Notes: generated from the sequence alone by a model not told the origin. Shown: positions 24,634-31,878, counted from the stretch's first letter. The stretch: DNA of 32,000 bases from Ruminococcus albus 7 = DSM 20455 (GCF_000179635.2 NC_014825.1:270001-302000), one strand, 5' to 3'. Made by a program: numbers and translations.

Positions 24634-25653
24634 TTACTCGGCATAAGTGCGAACGTTAAATCCGAAGTATTTTGTATTTTCAATAATCAGCTTATCGCCG
24701 TTATCGTAATAATCGCTTAGAATGTCATAGTCGGTCATTTCCGTTCCGTCGGGAATTGCTCCGATTTCTGCGGTACACAGGAACTCGTCAGGATTGTTCT
24801 TGATATATTCAAGCATTTCAGCCTGTTGGTCGCTGTTATCAAACAACGCTCCGTCAGCCTGAGTATTGACTAATTGCTCATAATATTCTGCCCATATCCA
24901 ATAGACCTTTATCTTGTATTCTCCGCTGGCGTTCAGATCGTCCATGTGTTCGCTTGTGCGGTATATCATTTCGCCGTTTTCAATCAGACCGCTGTACTTT
25001 CCGTTGCAATTTTCCCTAAAGAAAAGGATATGACCGTTCAACAGCTCGTCAATATTGTCAAGACATTTACGTTCGGTAGTGTCAGAACAATCCACCTCTG
25101 ACATCTTCACCAAGCTGCCGTCTGCAAGCTCCGTAACAGCAAACACATCATATGTAATATGAATAGAGAGGTCGGCATCTGCTTTCTTAGGCTTGATATA
25201 AAATGTGGTAGAGCCATAGGAGCCGGGGAGCGTGACCGATCTGCCGTCCTCCTGTTTCAGATACATAGCTGTGTTGCGGTTGAAAGCAGATGTTTTCAGG
25301 CTATCGGAATAACCGTTATCCTGCATAAACTTTGAGACTTCTTCATTGGTGTTCGCTTCAAAATCTTCATCAACACGCATTTCATAGTAGTCCGATCTCA
25401 TAGGCATAAAGAAATCAGATATAGCTTCTTTCGGAGAAGTTATCTTACCGCCCGAATGTTTGACTGCGATTAGGTACATTGTGAATAATATCAAAAGGAC
25501 TATGCTGATAAATGACATTAGAGGTGACAGCGAACCCTCCACCTCGATCAGCCGACTATCCTCGGCTTTATATTCCTCCGAAAACTCATAATCATCATCT
25601 GATATTTTCCTTGATTTGGTATGCCGAAAATGAGATTTTCTTTTCATACGCAA
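24634..25653 (-). CDS. Operon protein B: 339-aa signal-anchor membrane protein, paralog of C without the AWFT motif
   Basis: A charged ~45-aa N-terminus is followed by the TM helix LMSFISIVLLILFTMYLIAV and an extracytoplasmic domain homologous to C. The start is either TTG at 25653 (5 nt after GAAAGG) or ATG at 25647. Confidence 0.55.
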   Translation of the reverse strand: MRMKRKSHFRHTKSRKISDDDYEFSEEYKAEDSRLIEVEGSLSPLMSFISIVLLILFTMYLIAVKHSGGKITSPKEAISDFFMPMRSDYYEMRVDEDFEANTNEEVSKFMQDNGYSDSLKTSAFNRNTAMYLKQEDGRSVTLPGSYGSTTFYIKPKKADADLSIHITYDVFAVTELADGSLVKMSEVDCSDTTERKCLDNIDELLNGHILFFRENCNGKYSGLIENGEMIYRTSEHMDDLNASGEYKIKVYWIWAEYYEQLVNTQADGALFDNSDQQAEMLEYIKNNPDEFLCTAEIGAIPDGTEMTDYDILSDYYDNGDKLIIENTKYFGFNVRTYAE

Positions 25654-25718
25654 TCGAACCTTTCACGATATTTTCTCAGGTCAAATTGCGATATAATTAT
25701 TATACTACTTCACTATAT

Positions 25719-25747
25719 ATTATATCACAAAACGCCTTGTGTTTCAA
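25719..25747 (-). promoter_or_regulatory. Strong SigA-type promoter with extended -10 in front of genes B-F
   Basis: The minus strand reads TTGAAA (25742-25747), a 17-nt spacer ending in TGA, then TATAAT (25719-25724). Confidence 0.6.
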
Positions 25748-25798
25748 TAGTATAGGCGTAGATTTTACCCGATTTTCACTTATTCCTGTTATGAAGTA

Positions 25799-25829
25799 AA
25801 CCCGCCGAGCATTAGCTGTCCGGCGGGTT
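25799..25829 (-). terminator. Hairpin after the major-subunit gene (partial terminator/attenuator)
   Basis: On the minus strand, AACCCGCCG-N13-CGGCGGGTT is followed by TACTTCAT. The stem is GC-rich and 9 bp long but the U-tract is weak. It lies 48 nt after the stop of gene A. Confidence 0.5.
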
Positions 25830-25876
25830 AAGTATTCTATCAGAGTAGATCAGTTTTGTATTTAGCCTTGACAGCT

Positions 25877-26968
25877 TTACTTAAGACCGAATACGATCTC
25901 AACAGTCAATTCATCAAGATCAGAATAAATATTATCAGTATTACAGTTAGAGTCTTCGCCCTCAAACCAAATGTATACATCAATTTTTGCACCATCAGAT
26001 GTTGTAGCCGGAAGAGTCGCAAGGCTTAAACCATCAGTAGTATTCGATGCAGTAGTTGCAGTCCAAGTGGATACAGCTGATGTTCCTGTCAAATCAAGTC
26101 CTGCTGTTCCAGTTGCCAACGATGCCGCTGCACTTGTTACTGCCTTTGTAGAAGTATCATATGCAGACGCTATAAAATAACTACTATCAGCACCAGCAAC
26201 TGGAGCAAACGTCAATGCACTACCGCCAGTAGGCAACACAGCAACACGGAGAGTTTTATCTAAGTCGTGTGCAAGAGCATCTCCGTCTGTATTCTTATCC
26301 AGTCCGCTTACCTTTATTTCCTTTACATAAAGGGTATCATCACCATCGTTAGTCAAATCTGCATTGAGTGTTATTGCGTTAGAAGAAGACGACTTAACAT
26401 AGTAAGTATACTTGATAAATGCTCCATCATCATTATCGCCTATTGCAGCCGCCGTACCATCTTTTTCCTTGTAGTAGATATTTGCTTCTGCATCCGTTCC
26501 AGCTGCCGCAGCAGTCGCCTGTATAAAATCAAGTTTTCCACTCGAAAGATTATTTCCACCAGCAGTAGTTGCTAAAGTGAAAATTTCATAACCAGCACTG
26601 CTAAGTTTATCACTTTTAGTATTAGCTGCGGTTCCTTTTGCCGATGCGTTAGCGGCAACGCTGTTAGCATGAGCCCATGTTGACATATCTGCACTGGACA
26701 TAGGAATAAGTGTTGCACCAGCATTAGCTGTACTCTTAGCCTCTTCATCCCAATTGGTATCGCCCGAAGTTGCTACTTCATTGATAAGCAAGCCTTTCTC
26801 AGCCTTTGCCTTGACTTCCATACCTGTCACCTGAACTTCTTTGTTCATTGTGAACCATGCGAACGTACTTGTCGCCAGCATTGTAGCGGAGATCATGAGC
26901 ATTCCGGCAGCGGGAATGAGCTTCTTCATAGGAGAGCTGCCCTTTGTATTCTTAGTATTAGCTTTCAT
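25877..26968 (-). CDS. Operon protein A: 363-aa A/T/S/G-rich secreted protein with a TasA/camelysin-type signal, candidate major fibre subunit
   Basis: The N-terminus is MKKLIPAAGMLMISATMLATSTFAWFTMNKEVQVTGMEVKAKA, compared with TasA/CalY ...GGTFAYFSD...GTLDL. The C-terminus KIDVYIWFEGEDSNCNTDN...LTVEIVFGLK resembles, from memory, the camelysin/TasA C-terminal F.D.G.DQN..QG ... F.A.Q layout. It is the first gene, is followed by its own hairpin, and has a GAAAGGAAC SD. Confidence 0.55.
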   Translation of the reverse strand: MKANTKNTKGSSPMKKLIPAAGMLMISATMLATSTFAWFTMNKEVQVTGMEVKAKAEKGLLINEVATSGDTNWDEEAKSTANAGATLIPMSSADMSTWAHANSVAANASAKGTAANTKSDKLSSAGYEIFTLATTAGGNNLSSGKLDFIQATAAAAGTDAEANIYYKEKDGTAAAIGDNDDGAFIKYTYYVKSSSSNAITLNADLTNDGDDTLYVKEIKVSGLDKNTDGDALAHDLDKTLRVAVLPTGGSALTFAPVAGADSSYFIASAYDTSTKAVTSAAASLATGTAGLDLTGTSAVSTWTATTASNTTDGLSLATLPATTSDGAKIDVYIWFEGEDSNCNTDNIYSDLDELTVEIVFGLK

Positions 26969-27108
26969 AGTAATGTTCCTTTCATAAGAGGATTTTAGCC
27001 TTTGAGTGGTGGCTAATGACCTTTCCTTATATTCCTTGTTGGGGTTGTCATTTTTCGTGAAACGGCTCTATAACCAGTAAAAATGGTCATCTAAACCGTT
27101 AGAGCCTG

Positions 27109-27777
27109 TTAAGTCATTATATCCAGCTTGTTCTTCGTGGTGTTGATCTTCATCTCGCTCTTTTCAAGCTCGGTATACTCCATGATGCCCACTATCGTAA
27201 GGCTTATATTGGCATTCCTCTTCAATTCAAACTTTATGGTCTTTCCAAGTGCGTTATCTGTACTGCCGAAATACTGTTCGCAGAAGACATCCGAAACTAT
27301 ACAGGTATGTCTTTTGCCCTCATTATCAGCGTTATTCGGGGCACGTCCCTGTACTATCTGCTTTTTTAACTGGGGCGGATCGAAATAATCTCCCGATACG
27401 CCAAGCAGCACAGCTGAAAATGTCTCGCCGTTTTCATTGACTATATCAGCGGCATCATACAGATCGTTACAGCTGTAGGTAAGTTCACCCGGGTGCTGTG
27501 CTACAAGTCCCTGCACCTTTTCAAGGGTGAGGGTATCGTCATCGGTGTCGGGATACTTGCCCTCGTAATCATCCCTTATCTCGGGATAGATGGTGAGCTT
27601 TACGTCACCTAACTGGTCAAAGGTAGAACTCAGTGTTTTCGATATGGAATTACCTATGGTGGTGATGGTTATCACCGCGCTTATACCTATTATAATACCC
27701 AGCATGGTCAGGAATGATCTCAGCTTGTTTATCGCCAGAGAGGAGAACGCCATTTTTATGCTTTCAAGGAAGTTCAC
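27109..27777 (-). pseudogene. Truncated MacB/FtsX-type ABC permease (N-terminal TM1 and periplasmic core domain only)
   Basis: The N-terminus MNFLESIKMAFSSLAINKLRSFLTMLGIIIGISAVI is the canonical MacB-type TM1 and is followed by a periplasmic-domain-like sequence. The ORF ends at 222 aa without the C-terminal FtsX TM bundle. Full-length relatives are about 400 aa. A GTGA start/stop overlap links it to the ATPase gene. Confidence 0.6.
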
Positions 27778-28490
27778 AACAGCACCTCCTTTTTATAATC
27801 GTCACCGACTATCCTGCCATCGCTTATGGTTATCATGCGCTGGCATTCGGCGGCAAGTTCCGGGCTGTGGGTTATGAGGACTATGGTCTTGCCCTCCTCC
27901 TCATGGAGTTTATGGAAAAGATCCATAACCATTCTGCCAGTCTTGGTATCAAGAGCGCCCGTAGGTTCGTCAGCGAGGATTATGGAAGGATCATTCGCCA
28001 TAGCCCTTGCGATAGCTACACGCTGTTTCTGTCCGCCCGAAAGCCTTGCGGGGTCATGGGTGTATCTGTCGGACATACCCACAAGTTCTATGAGCTCCAT
28101 AGCGCGTTCCGTTCGCTTCTTCTGGGATACGCCCGCATACATCATGGGCATCTCCACGTTTTTCAGGGCACTTATCTTAGGTATAAGATTAAAGTTCTGG
28201 AACACGAAGCCTATCTCCTTGTTCCTTATTCGTGAGAGCTGTTTATCATCCAGTGTCTTGGTAGAGGTCCCGTTCAGGTCATACTCGCCATCGGTCTGCC
28301 TGTCCAGAAGACCGATTATATTCATCAGCGTACTTTTGCCCGAACCCGAAGCCCCGACTATGGATACGAACTCGCCCTCGTAGATATCAAGTCCGATATC
28401 AAAAAGTATCTGCAGCTCGTTAGGCTCACCCACGTAGTACTTCTTGGTCACGGATTCCATGTGGATAACGGGGTCACTTTTTCTTTTCAT
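27774..28490 (-). CDS. MacB/LolD-type ABC transporter ATP-binding protein
   Basis: Walker A is GASGSGKST, the Q-loop region is present, the ABC signature is LSGGQKQRVAIARA, Walker B is ILADEPTGALD and the H-loop is ITHS. Confidence 0.9.
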   Translation of the reverse strand: MKRKSDPVIHMESVTKKYYVGEPNELQILFDIGLDIYEGEFVSIVGASGSGKSTLMNIIGLLDRQTDGEYDLNGTSTKTLDDKQLSRIRNKEIGFVFQNFNLIPKISALKNVEMPMMYAGVSQKKRTERAMELIELVGMSDRYTHDPARLSGGQKQRVAIARAMANDPSIILADEPTGALDTKTGRMVMDLFHKLHEEEGKTIVLITHSPELAAECQRMITISDGRIVGDDYKKEVLL

Positions 28491-29862
28491 TTACCTTTAC
28501 CCTCGCTCCGTCCTCTACCTCGGGCAGATCACCGCCCTTGGGGTCTTCGATGATAAGGTCACCGCTTTTGACCTCGCCGCTCTTGACCTCAACATAGAAG
28601 TCACTCTCAGCGCCTTTAACGACCTTTTTCTTTCTGGCGATATAGCCGCCCTCTTCGTCATCGGCAGGCTCGGCTACAAATACGTAATCACCGCCATCCT
28701 CCTCGATTATACCGGAATAAGGCACACTGAGCTTTTCACCTACTTCCTCTATAGTGATATCTACCGAAGCCGTCATACCGATGAGCAGGCTGTCGTTGGT
28801 CTCATCGAGTGTGACCTCGACTTTATAGCCTGATGAAGAACCTTCGGCTGAAACATCGGTGGAAACCACGTTTACTATACGTGTTATGGAAGCCGCAAAC
28901 TCCTCACCGGGAAGCACCTTGGAGGTCACCTTGGCTTTCATTCCCTCGGCTATCTTTGTGATATCCGTTTCCTTGACTGTCAGTTCTATGACGGTCTTAT
29001 CGGTATTGACAATGGTCATCAGTGAAGGTGATGAGGGTACACTGCCCTCATTTACATTAAGGGCGGTGATTATGCCCGACTGTGGAGCATACACCTTGCA
29101 CTGCTCGATCTGCTCTGCAAGCTTATCAAGGGTCTTCTGATCGTCGCTGCCGATGTCGAAGGCTTCACCGTCGATAACGTCCTGCAATTTCTGGATAGTG
29201 TCGTTCCACTGAGATTCGGTATCATTGTAGCCGTCTTTTGCTGTGGTCACAGCGTCATCAAGATCGGAAAGTCCTGCTTCAAGCTGTTTGAGGGAAGCAA
29301 ATACACCTGTGTAATCGTAGTTGGGGTCATTATTGTTCACAGCGTTATTGTACTCGCCGCAGAGGCTGTTGTACTTTTCATAAGCATCGTCACGGACTTC
29401 CTCTGCCTTATCTATAACGCGCTGTGCCCTTGCAAGAGCCGCCTCTTTCTTAGTCTTTGCAGCTTCGAGATCACGCTGGTTCTTGCTGCTGTCGGATTTC
29501 TCCTTCTTATCGGAATTATCCATTTTCTTTTTCAAGGTATCATATTCCTCCTGAAGTTCGGTGGGATCGAACTCGCACAGCAGGTCGCCCTCCTTGACCA
29601 TATCACCAAGGCTGACCTTTACCTCACTGACGGGGCAGGTAAGCTTTGTGGTAACGTCAACAGTGCCGTTGCCGATGACATTTCCCGTAGTGGATATCAC
29701 CTTTGAAAGGTCGTTCTCCCCCGCGGGTATAGCGGAATACTTTGAGTTAGCCATCATGCTTTCCTTAGCAGCCGATGACAATGTGTTACAGGCAAACAGT
29801 CCGCCGCCTGCCAGCAGTGCTATCACTGTCGGAATTATGATAGCTTTTTTCTTTACAGCCAT
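28474..29862 (-). CDS. HlyD/MacA-family periplasmic adaptor (membrane fusion protein)
   Basis: The N-terminal anchor is AIIIPTVIALLAGGGLFAC. A long coiled-coil middle (EELQEEYDTLKKK...LEAAKTKKEAALARAQ) follows, then a lipoyl/beta-barrel-like end (YAPQSGIITALNVNEGS). It is upstream of, and overlaps, the ABC ATPase gene. The ATG at 29862 follows AGGAGG. Confidence 0.8.
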   Translation of the reverse strand: MAVKKKAIIIPTVIALLAGGGLFACNTLSSAAKESMMANSKYSAIPAGENDLSKVISTTGNVIGNGTVDVTTKLTCPVSEVKVSLGDMVKEGDLLCEFDPTELQEEYDTLKKKMDNSDKKEKSDSSKNQRDLEAAKTKKEAALARAQRVIDKAEEVRDDAYEKYNSLCGEYNNAVNNNDPNYDYTGVFASLKQLEAGLSDLDDAVTTAKDGYNDTESQWNDTIQKLQDVIDGEAFDIGSDDQKTLDKLAEQIEQCKVYAPQSGIITALNVNEGSVPSSPSLMTIVNTDKTVIELTVKETDITKIAEGMKAKVTSKVLPGEEFAASITRIVNVVSTDVSAEGSSSGYKVEVTLDETNDSLLIGMTASVDITIEEVGEKLSVPYSGIIEEDGGDYVFVAEPADDEEGGYIARKKKVVKGAESDFYVEVKSGEVKSGDLIIEDPKGGDLPEVEDGARVKVNEKKK

Positions 29863-30040
29863 TAAAATGCCTCCTTCTTTTTTTAAGATCTCCCGCAAAA
29901 GACCAAGCTCTCTCTGCCAATATTTGTCATTTTGCAGGACATCTTTTGTTCACAAAACTCTATTCTTTCTGCACAATTTTGGTGGTGCAGTTTTGTGCAA
30001 ACATATGTTTTTACATTTATTTTAGACATATTTCTGAAAC

Positions 30041-30064
30041 AGTTGTACAAAAACGTACAACTTT
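30041..30064. promoter_or_regulatory. Second copy of the GTTGTAC-N6-GTACAAC palindrome, putative operator
   Basis: AGTTGTACAAAAACGTACAACTTT is 23/24 identical to 711-734 on the same strand. It lies about 150 nt upstream of the replisome-organizer-like gene. Confidence 0.5.
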
Positions 30065-30210
30065 TTGACCCTTTTAGGGTGATAGTGAAAGGGTATGCAA
30101 ACGCATACGTTCACATCAACATGGAAATATGCGGTATGAAAAAAATGCAGATAAAAACTGTCACGCTTTTCATGCAGCACATATCAGGACTATCAACAGG
30201 AGGTATCATT

Positions 30211-31059
30211 ATGAACCAGATCAACAACACAAGCAAGAGTTTTATGATGTACAAGGAGTGGGAGGAGACCTTTCTCGCACTGGAAAGCGATGCCGAAAGA
30301 GGCGAACTACTGAGAGCGCTGTTTGTTTTTGCACGCACAGGAGATATCCCCGAATTCAAGGGCGGGCTGAAGATAGCTTTTCTGCAGATGAGCAATCAGC
30401 TTCGCCGCGATGCGGAAAAGTACGAGAAAAAATGCGAGCGCAATCGTGCGAATGCCAACAAGCGCTGGGGCAACAACAATAATGCGGTCGCATCCGAAAG
30501 CATACCAAAGGATGCCGTTTATGCCGATAAAGATAAAGAAGAAGAAAAAGATAAAGAAAAAGATAAAGATAAATATAAAGATGAGGATGAGGATAAAGAT
30601 AAAGATAAAGACGAAGAGCGTCCTGCTGTGCAGGGACCCGTTAATGATCTGACTTCGTCAGATCCCCCCGCCCCCATCAGAAATAAATACGGTGAATTTG
30701 GTAATATCTTATTATCCAATGAAGAACGTGAGCAGCTGATAAAGCGCTTCGGTATGCATCTTACAGACGTATGCATCGAACGCATGGATTCCTACATGGA
30801 GCAGACCGGCAAGTGCTACAACAACTGCTATGCCAAGCTGAAAAACTGGATATCCGAGGAACATGAAAAAGTCAGGCATAAGCGCACCAACGGCTCTGAA
30901 AAGGAGCACACTTACTTCACCGACAAGGAGCTGGAAGATTATGAACACTATGCACGCACACAGGCTTCAGATGACTTTGCCAAAGAGCTCGAAGCCCTTG
31001 TCCGCGCCCAGGAAGCTCGTGAAAAAAATAATAAAAGTCTTTTATCAAATATATTATAA
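30211..31059 (+). CDS. Replisome-organizer-like protein (DUF6291-like N-terminus, KD/E-rich linker, phage replisome-organizer-type C-terminal motif)
   Basis: AGGAGG lies 7 nt upstream of the ATG at 30211. The N-terminus is MMYKEWEETFLALESDAERGELLRALFVFARTGDIPEF...KKCERNRANANKRWG. The C-terminus LLSNEEREQLIKRFGMHLTDVCIERMDSYMEQTGKCYNNCYAKLKNWI matches the pattern (from memory) .LT.EEY.KL...G......I..L..Y....GKKYKS.YA.IL.W seen in phage/plasmid replication organizers. The upstream in-frame extension to 29932 has no SD and is rejected. Confidence 0.65.
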   Translation: MNQINNTSKSFMMYKEWEETFLALESDAERGELLRALFVFARTGDIPEFKGGLKIAFLQMSNQLRRDAEKYEKKCERNRANANKRWGNNNNAVASESIPKDAVYADKDKEEEKDKEKDKDKYKDEDEDKDKDKDEERPAVQGPVNDLTSSDPPAPIRNKYGEFGNILLSNEEREQLIKRFGMHLTDVCIERMDSYMEQTGKCYNNCYAKLKNWISEEHEKVRHKRTNGSEKEHTYFTDKELEDYEHYARTQASDDFAKELEALVRAQEAREKNNKSLLSNIL

Positions 31060-31182
31060 GCTATTGATAATATTATAACATTCACAAAATACTTCGTCAA
31101 GATTGATGATGTGGGCTATACAAAATTCGACAGAATGCACAATTGAAAAAGTTTATCCCCCCACCCATTAACCTCAAAATGA

Positions 31183-31430
31183 CCCTAGCGCGGGTACGCA
31201 ACACGTTACTAACATAGTGTGTACGGGCAGTTTGTTTCTCGGTGTCCGTTGTATGCTATGTTGAAACAGTAGTTTTCTCGCGCGGGTACGCAACACGTAA
31301 CCAACACAGTGTATATGGGCAGTTCGTTTCTCGGTGTCCGTTGTAAGCTATTTTGGAACAACAGTCCCCTAGTGCGGGCACGCAACACGTCACATACAGC
31401 GTTAGTATGGTAATACAATCCCCTGCAGCC
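31183..31430. repeat. 92-bp tandem repeat, about 2.5 copies
   Basis: Unit starts fall at 31183, 31275 and 31367, each beginning (C)CCTAG(C/T)GCGGG(T/C)ACGCAACACGT. Units 1 and 2 are about 80-85% identical over 92 nt by eye. Unit 3 is partial and more diverged. Confidence 0.8.
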
Positions 31431-31444
31431 GATGCCCAAAAAGC

Positions 31445-31476
31445 AACGCGCGCTGCCGATAATGACAACGCGCGTT
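31445..31476. terminator. Bidirectional rho-independent terminator between convergent genes
   Basis: AACGCGCG-N16-CGCGCGTT is followed on the plus strand by TCTTTGTTATTTT. On the minus strand it is followed by GCTTTTTGGG. Confidence 0.65.
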
Positions 31477-31521
31477 TCTTTGTTATTTTACAGTACAGAG
31501 GTCTGTATGGTATAAAGCGGT

Positions 31522-31878
31522 TTAATCTTCATCAAAGTTCTGCAGTGCATCGTAGCCCTGTTCGCCTGTACGCACCTTGATGACGTTCTCTATTGGATAG
31601 ATGAACAGCTTGCCGTCGCCGTAGTTGCCTGTATACAGGGCGCTTCTTGCTGCATCAATCACCTTGCTAACAGGTACTGCGCATACAACTATCTCAGCCT
31701 TTACCTTAGGCAGCAGGTTCATCTCGATAGAAGTACCTCTGTAGTAATGGCGCTGACCGTTCTGCATACCGCAGCCGATAACGTGGGTAACGGTAATACC
31801 TGTTACGTCGATAGCTTCCATAGCCTGTATAAGTGCCTGGAGCTTCTGCTCCTTGAATACGATGACAACCTTGGTCAT
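31522..31878 (-). CDS. P-II family nitrogen regulatory protein (GlnB/GlnK-like)
   Basis: MTKVVIVFKEQKLQALIQAMEAIDVTGITVTHVIGCGMQNGQ..YYRGT...LLPKVKAEIVV...YTGNYGDGKLFIYPIENVIKVRTGEQG matches the P-II fold signature end to end. The reading frame stays open upstream to the window edge and the ATG at 31878 has no clear SD, so the true start is uncertain. Confidence 0.75.
   Translation of the reverse strand: MTKVVIVFKEQKLQALIQAMEAIDVTGITVTHVIGCGMQNGQRHYYRGTSIEMNLLPKVKAEIVVCAVPVSKVIDAARSALYTGNYGDGKLFIYPIENVIKVRTGEQGYDALQNFDED

Noticed and set aside
22023-26575. Internal or antisense ORFs in fibre genes A-E (22023-22229, 22974-23216, 23780-23974, 24384-24659, 24874-25101, 25512-25799, 25971-26180 and 26267-26575)
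   Set aside because: They overlap better-supported long ORFs that have SD sites and operon spacing. Their peptides are low-complexity or Cys/Ile-rich, as is typical of wrong frames in AT-rich DNA.
27128-28833. Plus-strand ORFs antisense to the efflux operon (27128-27388, 27590-27877, 27714-28235, 27826-28383 and 28444-28833)
   Set aside because: They lie opposite genes with unambiguous ABC and HlyD motifs, and none has a recognisable motif or SD.
29932-30210. A 93-codon N-terminal extension of the organizer-like ORF starting at 29932
   Set aside because: The extension crosses the palindrome-rich intergenic region, encodes an implausible F/C/W-rich peptide and has no SD. The ATG at 30211 has a consensus AGGAGG.
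31183-31468. CRISPR array or protein-coding interpretation of the 92-bp repeats (ORFs 31209-31439, 31256-31468 and 31353-31580)
   Set aside because: The whole 92-bp unit repeats head to tail with no unique spacers, so it is not a CRISPR array. The ORFs merely reiterate GHRETNCPYTLC because of the DNA repeat, and they lack starts with an SD.
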